Source of the DNA: Felis catus
Taxonomy: Eukaryota
NCBI RefSeq assembly: GCF_018350175.1
Contig: NC_058368.1
Coordinates: 187,922,001 to 187,986,000 of the forward strand
Reading direction: 5' to 3'
Length of the DNA: 64,000 nt
Position 1 is the first letter of the stretch. Each line of letters opens with the position of its first letter. The position numbers and the translations under genes were made by a program. Shown here piece by piece: positions 35,371 through 49,851 of the stretch. Below the pieces are notes generated by a model. It saw nothing but the letters and a program-made list of their open reading frames with translations, was not told where the DNA came from and did not search any database.

Positions 35371-38300
35371 AGAAGAACCTCACTTACGTAAAATGAAAAA
35401 GTGATCCATGCTGATTTTTTAAAAATTACATTACCAAAAAAAAAAAAAAAAATCTACATATTATAAAGTGAAAATTCTTCTCCATTCAGGTAGAGGGGAC
35501 CAGAGCACACAGTTTTATTTTTTATTTTTATCCTTTTCAATTGTTTTTTTTTTTTTTAATGGGAGTTATACACATATCTTTCCCCCAATTTCTTTCTTCA
35601 CTTAGAAAATATTTAAGACATTTCCCCATGTCGGGACATTATATCCTACCATCTGGATATATAGTAGTTTAACTTTCTCCAGGCTTAACTCTTTTCTAAT
35701 GATAGTCAAGTAGTGATTTCCAAGTTTTGTCTGTTACAGACTGTAGTAATGAAAAGCCTCATGCATTTTGCTTTTTCCATGTTTGAGTGTTTCTGTGGGA
35801 TAAACTCCTACACGAGGAATCACTGACTCAGTGCCACATTTAAGTGCTGAAAGCTAGCCAGATTGCCTTCTGAACTAATTGTACCAATTTACCTTCCTGT
35901 TGGCTGTATATGATTGTGATAGTTTCTTTACATCTCTGCAACTCTGGGTTTGGTCAGGTTTTAATCTTTGCTTGTCTGAAAGCTGAATAATGACTTTGCC
36001 CTCTTGTTTCCTTTGCATTCTGTTTTATTTTGGCCCCGTGAAGACCGTAGATCGCATGCCCACCCTGAGCAAAGCTTCAGTGGCTTCTGACAGAGTCCCT
36101 TTCCTTATTAGAATTGGACTCCTTAGAATAGAATCCAGGCTGTCTTCCCAGCAGCCACGTGACCTTGGGCAAGTTTCACACTGTCCCTAAGCCTCAGTTT
36201 TCTCATCAGTAAAATGGGGCTAATAATAGTGCCATGCCTCTGGGTTATTTTGAGAACTAAGAAGATAAAACATGTCAAGTCCTTTTTAGCACTCAGGGTA
36301 CCAGGAACCTGCCACCCAGTCGACTTTGCATGAATGCTAATTAACCAAATAATTCTTATTCCTGTCAATCACTGATTGGACTGGAAATCTAATTACAGAA
36401 AGTCTATGTGTGGGACCAGTGTTTGGTAACTAGATATTTCATTCTGAGTAGGCTGCTTTCCTTTTCTGAACCTCAGTTTCCCTCCTTTCGGGGAGTGGTT
36501 TCATTTGGGTTCTCTCCAGCCTTAAAATTCAGAGTCTTCTTGAAGCTGGGGTTGGAAGCCCTGCTCAGCCTTGCTGGGATGTGCCCTCTTCTCTGGACTT
36601 ACCACCGAGGGGCAGTGTGGGTCAAAGACTGGACGGCGGTCTCTCGGATTCCAAGCATATTTCTGCTGCTCCCTCCTCCCCTCCCCCCAGCTGCACAGAA
36701 GCTACAGGGCTGAGGGGTCTTGTTTGCTACCCAGGCGGGCCCTGTTACAGCCAAGAAGTTGTAATAGGGAAGGCGCTGAGCCTCGTTGGCTTAAAAAAGG
36801 ATCAGGACCAGGATATCCAAACAGACCTTGGGGGCCAAAAAAGCCATGAGGAGAGGGAAAGGGAATATCAACAGGAGATGTGGGTTTCTGGAAGCCTGCT
36901 CTTTCTGCTTCAGGTCAGGGTGGTGCCAGTCTCTACGACGTGGCCACCAGCTTGTGGGACGTGCCTCCGAGCCTGGCTCCCCTTCTCTTGCTCATGAAAT
37001 AGTGTGGTGCGCCTTGCCCTGCATCTTACCATCATGATCACGGCCTGACAGGGCCAGGAAACCTTCCTTCGCGGAGGCTCAGAGAGGGTGAGTGACTTGT
37101 TCAAGGTCACTCAGCTGGTGACGAGCAGAATGACTGCCAGGACCTGCTCAAGTGTCATTCATTTGATTCAACAAACATTTGTGGAGGCCGTGGAGGTCAG
37201 GCGTTAAGGACTGGTGCAGACATAGGTAGATCTGGGTTCAGGTGCTGACTCTGGCTTCCCAGCTGAGCTCCTTGAGCTCGGCGAGGCCCAGTTTCCTGGA
37301 AAACGGGGATGGTGATAGTTCTTTTCTGTGCGGAGGAGATGAACTTAGGCTTGGCAAGTGCCTGGCGTGTTGAGAGTACCCAGTAAGTACAGCTGTTCCG
37401 ACTGCTTCAAACACAACTGCCATTGCCAATGCCGATGCTGTGGTTACTGCCAGTACCAGCATGCAAAGATGGGGAGGGTGACAGAGAGGACAGGATCTAC
37501 CGTGCTGATGTGGGACCGCCCACCCTACTGCTCTTTCCATTGCAGGCCCAAGGGTGGACGCCACGTGGTTCTCGAACATCCGGAAATTGTACACATTGTT
37601 CTGGGGGAGGACCCATAGCTGTCATCATGGGCTTGAAGGCGTCAGCAGCCATGAAAAGGTTAAGGCTCACCATCCCAAGTCTAGGGCTCCCAAGCATCAG
37701 TTACTCGATTGCCTGGACCACCGGCTGCTTAATGCTTTTCTCTAGATCAACTCACTTTTGTTGTCTCAACTTAAACTTTCTTAGGAAGCTTTTTATCATT
37801 ATTTTCAAATCTGTTACAAAGAAAATGTCATGGTAGGGGAACAGAAGATGAAAGGAAAATGATATTAGTATCTCTGGATCGCTCCAGACAGTGGTGGGCC
37901 TGAGGCATGCCCTCTTTTTCAAAAAGGGAGATTGGCGGGGGTTGTGGGGTATTAACTACTTGCTAAACTGAGAGGAATTCCCCTTTGAGGAATCTAAAGG
38001 ATTGAAGGAACAACTTTCTCATGGGAGAACCCAGCGCCGGGCACATGGTAGGTGCTAACTAAAATTTGCTCCATGATGGACTGAATGAGTATGTGATTCA
38101 GAGTTTCCTGGGCCATCTCTAGCTGTCCTGCCAAGCTGTCTTGCACACCAACTCAAATCCATAGTTAATTTGAGCAGCAGTCTAAGAGCCGCCCTGGGAA
38201 ACCCTGCGGCTCTACTCTAAAGCCTCTTGGTGGCCTCCCACTGAGGCCTTTTAAGCAGATCCAATGGGACAACACTTCTGAACACTTCCACCCAGGTGGG

Positions 38301-38692
38301 GAGGGTAGGAGCTGGAACCTGAGGGGGAGGGGCAGAGCGGCAAGCAGACGGTGCAGTGAGCCCAGCCACACTACAAGGGCCACGTCGAAGGGTTGTGAAG
38401 TGTAAGGATCAAAAGCTAAGGCTGAACGGGATCAGCTCAGGGAGAAGCATTTCTTGGCTGGATGTGGTCCCAGTGGTCCTTAAAGTGCCATTCAACAAAA
38501 CTGAACAGTGAACACAAGGTCTCAACCCTCTGGGAACCTCCAGTCTTCAAAACCACGGGGTGCGTTTGTAGAAGAGTATCTACCGTTTGACAAGCTCTTA
38601 ACTCTGCGCCAATCACTGGGTAAATGCTTTGACCTTCCCTTGCCTTCAACCGGCTCTGTTCCGAAAGCAGCTCGGCCTGACTGTGCCGGGCG

Positions 38693-38710
38693 CAGCGCTA
38701 GGGGGCGCCA
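38693..38710 (+). promoter_or_regulatory. Candidate CTCF binding site
   Basis: cagcgctagggggcgcca matches the CTCF core and sits in a patch of locally retained CpGs. Confidence 0.6.
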
Positions 38711-41700
38711 TTCCACAGGGTAGTCTGCAGCACTCCCTGGTGACGGTGGCCAACCTGCATGCGCCCCGCCTGGAGGCCGTGATTACTACGCTCAGGAGAA
38801 CGGAAGGTAAATTGCTGGATGTCTCAGAGCTAGTGGGTGATAGAATTAGAATTTGAACCCAGGCTGCCTCTCACAGAAGCTGTCAGTCACCACCAGTACA
38901 GCAAATGGGGAAACAAAAGATGCATGTGAATGTGGATAAAGGACTGAAGGCTATACAGGGAAGGAGACCTCAACAGTTTTTACCCTTTGTTGGTAGACTC
39001 ACGGGTGAATTTTCCCTCTGTGTGTTTTTTGGTGTTTTCCAAAAATTTGCTCCATAAACATGAATTACTTTTGTAATTGGGAAAAAGCCAGTGAATATTA
39101 TTTTAAAAATAAGAAGTAAACCAAAAGACACTGTGTTTATTGGGTCCTTATTACGTGTCAGCCAACTTTGCTTGCTCTATTTCATTTAATTCCTGTAATA
39201 GCCTATGAGCAAAGTGGGATTATCCCTACTTTGCAGATGAAGAACTGGAGGTCCAGGTGGAGGAGGCACTTGCCCAAGGCCCCCCCACAGGTAATAGGAA
39301 GAAAGAAGTATGAAATGACATCTTTTGTTGTTGAGCCCAGCAGCCTCCTCTGTTAGTTCCTGGTATACCTGTGGATGCCCTGCCCTTATTCCCTTACTGC
39401 AGAGCAGAAAAGGGGCCCTTTTAATTTTGTATGTATTCCTACATCCGTAGGCATCATTAAACAGTGGTTGGAGGAATGACCAACCGGCAGCCTCGGAGAT
39501 TGCCCCAGGGCATGGGGACATAATGTAGCATGTATCGGGTCTACCAGGGGCCAGGTGGCTTGTAACATCCCCCAGGGCACTGACATTCTGAGACTCGAGG
39601 ATTAGAGGTTTGATTTGACTTATTTCACAGTGAGCATCAGACAAGCGGATGACCTCAGGGGAGCCAGTGGGTGGTAAAACCATTTTGATCAGCTTGTAAA
39701 TAGAGTGGAACTCCTTTTCAACATGGCTCTTTTTAGGAGCTTTTAGCTACACCTATGGCCAAGCTGCGTCTCCCCAGCTGAAACAGTTTGGCTCAATAAA
39801 AACTTGAAACATTTGAAATAGTTGCTAATTCTTTCAGCACCAATTTTATAAAGGAGGCTTCCTTGGATGTGGAAATTCCCTTTGAGGTTTTTCCATTTTT
39901 ACTGGACACTTAACCCTGGAATGAGTTCATGAAATTGTCCAACAAATACGGTATCTTCGGGGCCACTAGACATGTTAACTTTTAAAGCAAATGATGAGAA
40001 CAATGATAGTCACCAGAGCCCCCATTTACAGTAACCTAAGAACCAGTTATTAGGTACTATGTTTACAAACACTTGGTGCAATCCTCCAGCAGCCCTGCTG
40101 TTACTGTATCTCATTTATTTTACAGATGAAGCAACTGAGGTTTAAGAGATTAACAAAATCATGTGTCTGGTAAGGATTAAAATCCAACCTTGAAGTCTGG
40201 GTTCTTACTCAAATTGTTTAATAATAATAAAAAAAAGAAGCTTCTATTCAGTTCCTTAAGCACCAGGCAATTTCTCCCTCAACTAGGAACAATCTCTCTC
40301 TTTGCCGATTTGTCAAAGCACTTTCTCTGAACCTAAAATGTGGCATTTATCACTTCCTACCTTGAATTACTCGTCTCCTCTGATTAGACTGTGAGCTTCT
40401 AGAAAAGAGAGTTCATGTCTGATTTTTTCTTTTCCCCCAAGGCCTAGAACTGTGCCTGACACACGACAGGCACTCAGCCAACATGTGTTACAGGAAAACT
40501 GAAATGTGTTAGCCCTGACTACTCAAAATGAGGTTTATGGATAAACAGCATCCATATCACCTGGGTTCATGTTAGAAATGCAGAACCTCGGTGAGCCAGT
40601 GAGTCAGAATCCGCTTTTAACAAGATCCCGAGGTGGAAAGTGTTGCCTTAGCTCCTGTTACAATTTTATTTTTAAAATTGTTTTCCTAGGTATCTTGGGA
40701 TTTATGGATGAGTAGAGGCTGGGCTAAGAGCCACCTCACCATGGGGTTGACAGTCTTGCCCCAAACCTTCCAGTGACTCCTATGGTTTACAGGATAAAGT
40801 TCAAACTGCTTAGGCTGGAATTTAAGACCTTCTCAAGTGGGCTGCAATGGACTGAATCTTCACAACATGACTTCACTTTTCTGGCTTCTTTCCCCTTATT
40901 CACACTGTCCACTGGTCTGAGATGCCTTTCACTGTCCCCCTCTCCTCTCCATCCTTTCCAAACCTCCCTCAGAATCCTCCGACACACAACCACAGCCTCC
41001 CACTGCATGGCTTCCTTAGAAGTGTGAAAGCAAGCGGAGGGAATGAGCAGTCCATGAAGACCTGCTAAGATCCAGGAGACCTGTACACCTTACCTCATTT
41101 CACCCTCACAATAGGTGGGAGGGAGAGGTGGGTTCTCTAATTTTCAATTCTCAATTACAGACGTGGAAATCAAGTCTCTGAGGGTACAGCACACACCCAG
41201 TGTCACCACAGCCATTAAATGCTAGAGCTGGGATTCAAACCCAAATCTGCCTGGTCCCAAAGCTGGGCTGTTTCCACAAGACAGTATTGCCTCTGGACTC
41301 TTAGAACACTTACACTTCTGGGGTGGGGGAAGTCTAGAATTGTTTGCTTGTTAGTGTAATGGTGTCTTTATGTATATTTTATTTAGCCATTAAGACTCCA
41401 GGATCTAGAAACCAAGAGTTTTGTGTCACTCTACCCAGGTGGTGTGTCACCTGCCGATGCTGGTTACGCAGGTAACTTAGCACCATATAATTTGAGGGGC
41501 TCACAGGCCCACTGAATCCCATCCATGAGTACCCAGGAGGTGCACAATCACTAGATTAAGAGTGTTTGCTTTTCACTCCACAGATTTCTATCATAACAGT
41601 TGTTGGACTTAGCTGAGAGTCTGTCTCCCTTATTTACAAGATTCTTGAGGCGAGGGTCAATCCTTCTCATCTTGGTTTCTCTAGCACCTAACGCTGAGCT

Positions 41701-43700
41701 TGCTTATAGTGAATGTGTAAAGACATTTGTTGGGCACATAATCTCCTCTTCATATGCTTAGGCCAGTTTCAGATTTATAGCAAGTGCTGAGTAAGTGATT
41801 ATAGGGTGATTCCCTTGCTTATACCTTGCTTCCTTCCTTTTCTTTATTTAAATGGTAACCACATGCCAATACCCAGTTGAGTTCCCATCTCCTTCCTGGA
41901 ATCTTCCCTGACTGCTCCAGGCCTCCTGTTTACTTCCCATTAGAACAGAGTCTACAACATATAGGTTAGTACAGAATGCCATTCTTAAGGGATGTGCCTC
42001 TTGTCTCCTTAGGCAGAGCCAAAGCTCCTTGAAGATGGGGTCTGTGTCCTATACTTCTAGTACAGGGCTTACCCACTGATTAATTGATTGGCACATTACA
42101 TCTTCCAGAAGGGAAGCTACCTCCTGGTTTAGGCCCGGAGTTGAGAGCAGATGGGGTGGTGTGGTTTCCACAGCACTTAAGAAGCCATCTTTGATGTCAG
42201 ACTGAATGTGATCCATGCTTTGACCTCGCTGGAAAGAGCAATTTCCCTGAAGAGCACTTTTAGAAACTGAGTGTTAGGGGATCTATATGAAGGAAGCCAT
42301 AAAGCTTTATAAAGGGGCATATAAAGGAGACATGTATAAATGGGGAGACATAGCTTGCTTTAGTACAGGAAATCTCTTTTGATGATAACTTCAGTTCTCC
42401 CCAAATTAATCTGTAAATTGAAGACAACTTCATTAAAATGCCGACAGGATGGTTTTTTGTTTGCTTGCTTGTTTTGGGGGGTATTAAATGATCCAAATAT
42501 ATAGAAGCATATGGAATGTGTAAGAATAACCATGCAAAAATAGCCAGGTCACTTGAAATAAATAAAGAACGATGGTATTGGGATGATGGGTAAACCCACT
42601 CCTACAGATATTAAAACCTATCATAAAACCATAGTAATTTAAGAAATCCTAGGGCAGGAAGTGCAAGAAAAGGCAGATAGATCAATGCAATGATATAGTT
42701 TGGAAAAGGAGCCGAGTGTCCATGAGAATTTTATATGCCATTTCAATGTTTATGGGAAAGAAGAGATGCTTATATAGGCAGCATTGGGATACCAGGCTAG
42801 CTAGTTAGAGACAAATAAAGCTAGATCCTTACATCAAAATAAACCCGGCTAGATCCAAGATTTTAAGTATAAAAAGTATTAAAATATTAGAAGATGCAAG
42901 TAAATATTTTTATTATTTTGAAATAAGAAAGAACTTTTTAAGGATGACAGAAATCCAGGATCTGCAAAGAAAAGCATTGATGAGTCTGCCTAGACATTTC
43001 TATAAGGTTGCAAACTTTGAGAACAAAGCCAAGGGAAGAACTGAGAGAAATATTTGTAATTCAAATAGCAGTAAAAGGAATAATATTTCTAACCCTCTCT
43101 TTCAAATCAATCATGAAAAAAACAACTCAATAGAAAACAAAGCAAATCGTTACAGATAAGCAAATAACAAGAATAAGTACAGCAGACAGCCAGTGAATTA
43201 ACGAAAACATAGTAAAACTCCTTCACAAAATAAATAATGTAAATTAAACAGCAGCAAAATATTTCAGGTCTATTAGTTTGGAATAAATTTAAGATATTGC
43301 TTATGCTCAATTTGGCAAAGGTGTGGGCAAGCAGACATTTTTGTATATTGTGGGTGAGAGTGTAGACTTGGGGTGGAAACTTGGCATTATCTAATAAAAC
43401 TAAAATGAGCATAGCTTTTGAACTAAGTACTCCAACGTCCAGGAATTTATCCTACAGAAGAACTCTTAAAAGGGAGGAAAAATAAAAGTATAAAGAACTG
43501 TGGTAAAGTTCCCCCAGATTGGAAATTATCTAAATTTCTAACAATAGGGGTTGGGGAATGAGCCATGTATCATCACACAATGAAAAATCATACATTGTTA
43601 AAATGATAAGCTACGTCTACAAGGAATGATATCCATGACAGAATTAACTAGAAAAAAAAATCAAATTTCAGGAGACAGTGTCTACTATGGTCTGATTTTT

Positions 43701-44150
43701 TAAATAAAATTAAAAAATTATGTTTATTTTTGAGAGAGAAAGAGAGAGACAGCGCGAACGAGCGCAAGCCAGGGAAGGGCAGAGAGAGAGGGAGACGCAG
43801 AATCTGAAGCAGGCTCCAGGCTCTGAACTGTCAGCACAGAGCCCGATGCGGGGCTTGAACTCACGAAGTGTGAGATCATAACCTGAGCCCAAGTTGGACG
43901 CTAAACCTACTGAGCCACCCAGGCACCCCGGTCTGATTTTTTTTTTTTTTAAGTTTACTTTATTTTATTTTGGAGAGAGCTTGAGTGAGTGGGGGAGGGG
44001 CAGAGAGAAAGGGAGAGAGAGAGAATCCCAAGCAGGCTCTGCACTGTCAGCACAGAGTCTGATGTGGGGCTCAAACTCACGAACCATGAGATCATGACCT
44101 GAGCCAAAGTCAATTAATTAACAGTTAATTAACTGAGCCAGCTAGGTACC
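43701..44150 (-). mobile_element. Two head-to-tail Can-SINEs (43701-43929, 43942-44150)
   Basis: Target motif tctgattttt occurs three times. Confidence 0.92.
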
Positions 44151-44183
44151 TCTATGATCTGATCTGATTTTTAATAAAGAAAC

Positions 44184-44185
<2 letters not shown>

Positions 44186-44215
<30 letters not shown>
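44186..44215. repeat. (TG)n microsatellite
   Basis: Directly visible. Confidence 0.92.
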
Positions 44216-44216
<1 letters not shown>

Positions 44217-44404
44217 TGAGTGTGTATTAGCATGCTCACAGAAAAAACAATCTGGGTGAATACATACCAAATTGTTCTTAGTGGTTATATTTCTGAAGGA
44301 TGGGTTTATGGGAAGACTTTCACTGTGTATTTAAAATTATTTTTGCAATGAACAAACATTGCTTTTGTAATGAAAGAGAGAAAGTAAGAGAAATTGAGAG
44401 GGAA

Positions 44405-44418
44405 AGAGGAGAGAGAGG

Positions 44419-44461
<43 letters not shown>
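44405..44461. repeat. (GA)n microsatellite / polypurine tract
   Basis: Directly visible. Confidence 0.9.
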
Positions 44462-44463
<2 letters not shown>

Positions 44464-47400
44464 TTAGCCTATAGGAGAAAAAGAGCCAACAGAGGGCAAG
44501 TAGCTGGCAGACCTTTAGGCCAGACCATCACCTTTCTGGGCTCCCATTTCTTTAAGTATGAAATGAGGGGGTTGCATTAGCTAACCCCCTCCTTCTCAGA
44601 TTCTAAGCTTTGTGTTCACTTGGTTTTAGAGGTGGAATGAAAATTGGGGGAGAAGGTACAAATATATACCTGCAGCCAGAGTGTCTTTGAGCCCAGAACA
44701 AACAGGCCGTGCACACTTGATCCTTCTTTCTGAGGCACATGTGAACCTGCCGCTTGGCGGAGAGGCTTGGTGTGTTGGGATGAAAGGCTCCATGAGAGAG
44801 CAGGGACAATTACTGGCCTTGGGGAATCAGATGGGGAAGTGGGCCACTCAGGCCATTAGGCCTTGTGCGATGCCTTTCATCCCTTCCCTCGGCAGCTGTC
44901 TGCTGACTTCCCTGCCTTCCTCTCTCTGACTCATCTCTCTGTTCTGTCCTTTGGCTGGTGGTGATCAAAACTTTTCCCTCTTTCCAAACTGGTTTTGCAG
45001 GGTCAGGTTGGACTGGGACCCATGGATAGCGCTGTGTCTCTTTTCCACTTGTACGGTCTGGTCTGGGACATTCTCCTCCCTGCAGGGTCCTGCGGCCTTC
45101 AGAGCTTCTCAATCACAGAGCGGGTGATGATGCTACTCCACTGTCTGTAGGGCTGTCCTGTCTTCTTGTCAGAACCCTCTCCTGCCGTTGTGTATTGTGG
45201 GAGCCAGGCACATCATTGGTCTCATTAATATAGTATAATAAAATGATTAGTCTTTGCTGCTGAAGGCCTGCCACTCCAGATTTTAGCAAAATGGGGCTTT
45301 ATCTTGCTTCCTGATCTAGGTTCACGGGCACACCACACAATGACCCTGAAATTCCAGCCCTTTCTCAGGGCTCAAAGGCTCCTTACTGCTAGGAAATTTA
45401 CAGGTAGAAGTACCTGGAGGACAGAGAGCTGGCTGGGTTTAGTGAGGCCACATGAGAATGTCTTCTGTGAATTGCTATGAAGACAGGACTGGGTGGATTT
45501 AATATCTACTGCCTGTGCTGTTTATATTTGTGTAGCCCAGATGTCAGCTGGGAGTCTTACTGCCCTTTGAAAGCTAGGGGGGATTATTTTGAGTGTCCCT
45601 TTTCCTTAACCTTGGAAAGTCCAAAATCCTCCCCTAAAGTCTCTGGGTTCCTAGAGTGGAACAGGGGACTAATTTCATTCATTCCTCTCCTGCTTCTTGG
45701 GCTCCATTCCCTTTGACAGCCCGTTCTGCATATACCACCTTAAGGCAATGATCCCACAAAACGAAAATCACCCATACCAACACACCAAGCATTTGAAGCC
45801 CTGCTTAATGCTGGGCTCCCCGCTCCCCTCCTTGGCCCCTCCTGTCTCAGCCCCTCTCCTCCCAGGTTACTCCAAGAGTTCCAAATTCTTTGCTTTTTCT
45901 TTTCTTTCTTTCTTGTTTAAGGCGAGCATTGAGCATTTCTCTTCTCTCTTCCGGTTGCTCTGGCCTCAGCGGGGAGGGTTCAGTTGGGGACGGTGACTGG
46001 GGAGATGGGTTTCACTTTCCACCTTCGGCTCTAATTAAGACATTTTCCCAAAGACAGTTCCTTTCCTCACAGAAATTCTAGATTTTCAGAAATCCGATGT
46101 CTTCCATCTCTTCCCATGTAAATAAATGCTCCGTTGGGTTTGATGTAGGTTTTTAGATGATTGCCCCTGCTTTGCTCCACTTTGTAGCAGGTCTTTACTG
46201 AACACTTCCCAAGTGCCTGGAACCAGTTGAGAATTTAATCCAGGAGATTAGCACTGACTGGGGAAGCAAGGCAATTCCAACGATTATTTTATTCAGTCCC
46301 CACAAGCCTATGAGGTGAATACAATTACTATGCCCATTTTATGGATAAAAAAACTATGGCTTAGAGTGACTGAGGAAATTGCTCAAGATTACAGAGCGGT
46401 GGAGACAGGATTCAGTTCCAGGCCTGACACCAGAGCAACTGATCTCTCTGCTACCTCAGCGCGGATTCCCACAAACTGGAGACTTGTTATTTCCCTGGAA
46501 CATTCGGTGTGAAGGTGCCTGGAAGAAAACCAGGAGGTGCTGGTTACACGTAGGGACAGAGAGATGTGGGTGGGTGATAGTTTGGGAAGGAGGTGTTATT
46601 TGACTTCGCTGCTTTCAGGGAACTTTCCTGCAAAACGATTCCTTCCTCGTGTGTTTTGAGGAGACAGGAGCTGGGAGGACAGGGGAGTATATATATATAT
46701 ATATACTTTGTGGGAAGGGTGCAGTGAGGTTTTAATGGCAACAGAGCAAGTGTGTTTTAGAGAGCTTGTAACTATTTGAGAGGAGGCCTGACTTCCTACA
46801 CAGTGTCCTGATCACAAGGAAGGTAGAAAATGCATGCTGACTCTCACGATGGTTAGAAATGGACTCAGTCTTTACAATGGTTCCAAAGAAAACACAGAAG
46901 GTGGTGGTGATCTGAATTTAACCACAACAATGACAATGGCAGGTGCCACCTACTGAGAGCTTGTAGGTCGCAAGCTCTGTATCTATCCCCTGATGTGCAT
47001 TATTTCATTCAATACCCAAACGATTCAGTGTGGGACATACAGTGATTGTCTCCATTTTACAGGTGTTGAAACTGAGGCTTGGAAGAGAAGTAACTTGCTC
47101 AGAGTCACAGAGCTATTAGACAGTAGAGTTTTATTACAACCCACGAGTTCTTGCTTTCCCCTCGTCTGCTGTTTGGACTTTGTGAGGCAAGCCACCAAAA
47201 ATCCAAGGACTGAAAGAAAAAGTGGAGCAGATTCCACAGGGGAGCGTGGGGTATGGGTGCGTGTGTGTGTGGGGGGGGCAGAAGACCCATGTTTGGGTGT
47301 GAATATACTAGTTTTCAGATGACTCATCTTCTCTGCCAAATCCGGGAGGAACTGTGATTATTTAGAATTGAAAAGTCATCCTTCTGTCATTTCCTGGCTT

Positions 47401-47494
47401 TGTAAAAAGTAAGTCCCAGGGACCTGAGAAGGTGGGGGGAAAAGGGGTGTTTAAACCATAGACTCTTCTATCATCTGCAGAAGGAGCAATGCCA

Positions 47495-47945
47495 GGGGCG
47501 CCTGGGTGGCTCAGTCGGTTGAGCATCTGACATCGGCTCAGGTCGTGATCTCGCGGTCTGTTGAGTTCGAGCCCCACGTCGGGCTCTGTGCTGACAGCTC
47601 AGAGCTTGGAGCCTGCTTCAGATTCTGTGTCTCCCTCTCTCTCTGCCCCTCCCCTGCTCATGCTCTGTCTCTCTCTCTGTCGAAAATAAATAAACATTAA
47701 AATTTTTTTTTGGGGGGGCACCTGGGTGGCGCAGTCGGTTAAGCGTCCGACTTCACCCAGGTCACGATCTCGCGGTCCGGGAGTTCGAGCCCCGCGTCAG
47801 GCTCTGGGCTGATGGCTCGGAGCCTGGAGCCTGTTTCCGATTCTGTGTCTCCCTCTCTCTCTGCACCTCTCCCGTTCATGCTCTGTCTCTCTCTGTCCCA
47901 AAAATAAAATAAAAAACGTTGAAAAAAAATTTTTTTTTTTTAAAA
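47495..47945 (+). mobile_element. Young felid SINE (47712-47940) inserted in the tail of an older Can-SINE (47495-47711)
   Basis: Inner repeat aaatttttttttt on both sides of the second element; diverged outer TSD gaaggagcaatgcca / gaagggtcaacgcta. Confidence 0.92.
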
Positions 47946-49790
47946 AGAAGGGTCAACGCTAGGAGCCAAAGGGAGAGAATAGGGCAACATTTTCATAGGA
48001 GGAAAAAAAATAAATAAATAGAGACCAAAAGATGGAATGAAGCCAAGGCCATAAAGGGCAGAACAGCCCCCTTTTCTGTCACGTATTTCTGACAAAGATG
48101 TGGTGGTCTTGTGCAAAATGAGACCCCAAAGCCGGCTGTGGCTGGGTGGCAATCCTGGGGCAGTTCAGGTGTCAGCTCGAGGAGCTGCCTGCATTCTCTG
48201 TGGTCTGGCAGTCCCACCTGTCCATCCAGATGCAGCTAAATTTTCCACCGGGTCACCCAAAAGGGCAATTCACTTAAGGGTGCTAATTCCTCTGTCCAGT
48301 TCCTTCCCTGCAGGCTGGGACCGGATGTTCCCTTTCCAAGTCTGAATACGTCACTGAACTTCAATGGATCATTGTGAAAAACGGTCCCATTACTTCCAGA
48401 AACACGTGCTCAGGCCAAGGAGGGCTCCTAGAAAAATCTGCCTGGCAAAGTGGCATTCACAGCAGATGGATGGGTGAGGCCCGGGCGTTCATGTCCCCTC
48501 CCCTCTTGTCCTAATCCACTGCCTGTGACAGGAGCGGGTGGGTAGGGTTGGTGGAGGTTTGACTGATCTGGGACGAAGCTTTCCAAACCACGGAGGGCAG
48601 GATGTGAGGGGAGAGCATGAAAAACACCAGCGTGTGAAGAAGCGCATTTGGCAGGATGATCCCTCCTTTATTGTTTGGAGGCTGCTGAAGTGTGTGGTGA
48701 AAGCAGCCCGGTGCTGGCCCGTCCACCTGCTCTGAGGTCTTGCTGCTTTGGCGGAGAACAGCGTGACCTCAGGAGAGAGTCTTGACCTCCCTACCTGCCC
48801 CCGCCCCGACATGTCAAATGCACCATCGTAGTGCCCGGGCATTTTATTTCCGCCTCTTCTGATCTGGTTCTGTATTCTGCGGGATTGCTAAAAAGAACAA
48901 TCTGGCCAAGCCAGCATTTGACTGGGTCTATTCGTGCTGTGGTTAGTTTTAGTTTCAGTGCTGCTGATGCATCAAGCCTCTAGCAAGCAGAGCACTGCTT
49001 ACCTGTGTCTGCGCATCCCTGTAAAATCGGTGGTTATTTGATGAGCACAGGGGCATTTTCTGTGTAGCTGCTTCATAGATTCTGTCAGATACTCAAAGGG
49101 TTCCATGTGCCCAAAACAGGGTAAGAACCATTGATTTAAAGAAAATCGATCAGGAATTAGGTGGCATGCATGCTTCGAAGAGGGAAGTCTAGGCTTCATT
49201 TCTCTAATGAACAGTAAAGGTTAATGGTGCCCTGCATTGGTGATGATGCAAGTGGATGGGAATTCAGACCCCGATGGTGGGAGTGTTAACTGGGATATGC
49301 TTGCCGGAGGGCAATTGGGTCCTAGGACTCAGAGACCTTGTAATTTTATGTATTTGGTTACCCTGAAATTACAATTCTAGAAGGTAAGGGGGCTGGCTCT
49401 GGGGTCATTATCTATGTCACTGTCGGCAAGTTACTTAACCTCTCTAGGCCTCAGTTTCCTCATCTGTAAAATGGAGGTAATGTTATGTATCCATCTAGAT
49501 CATAATGCACGTAAAACCCTTAGTACGATGCCTGAGACACAATAAATGTCAGTGATTATTATTTGGATGCAGGATTTTATTGTCACATTATTTATCATAA
49601 CTGAAAATTAGAGACAACCCCAAATATCCAACGTGACTAGTTTCATGACCCATACAACTCGACTATTAAAGATAGTGAATATCATTGTAAAAATGTTCAT
49701 AATATGTGAAAAAACAAAGGAGGTTACAAAATAGTATGTAATATGCCATCCTGTAGAAAAGTGGCTGAATAAATATGCATTAAATATTTC

Positions 49791-49851
49791 TTTTTTAATA
49801 TTAAATATAATTTATTGTCAAATTGGTTTCCATACAACACCCAGTACTCAT
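49791..49851 (-). mobile_element. Extremely 5'-truncated LINE-1 3' end (61 bp)
   Basis: tttattgtcaaattggtttccatacaacacccagtactca matches the 3' terminus of the two larger L1s. TSD tgcattaaatatttc (49776-49790) / tgcattacatatttc (49852-49866). Confidence 0.88.

Larger units (their letters stand above)
42280..44380 (+). mobile_element. Ancient L1M/L1ME remnant interrupted by a SINE pair
   Basis: A-rich degenerate ORF2/3' UTR motifs (cagatagatcaatg, aggaatttatcctacaga, aaatttctaacaatagggg). Confidence 0.6.
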
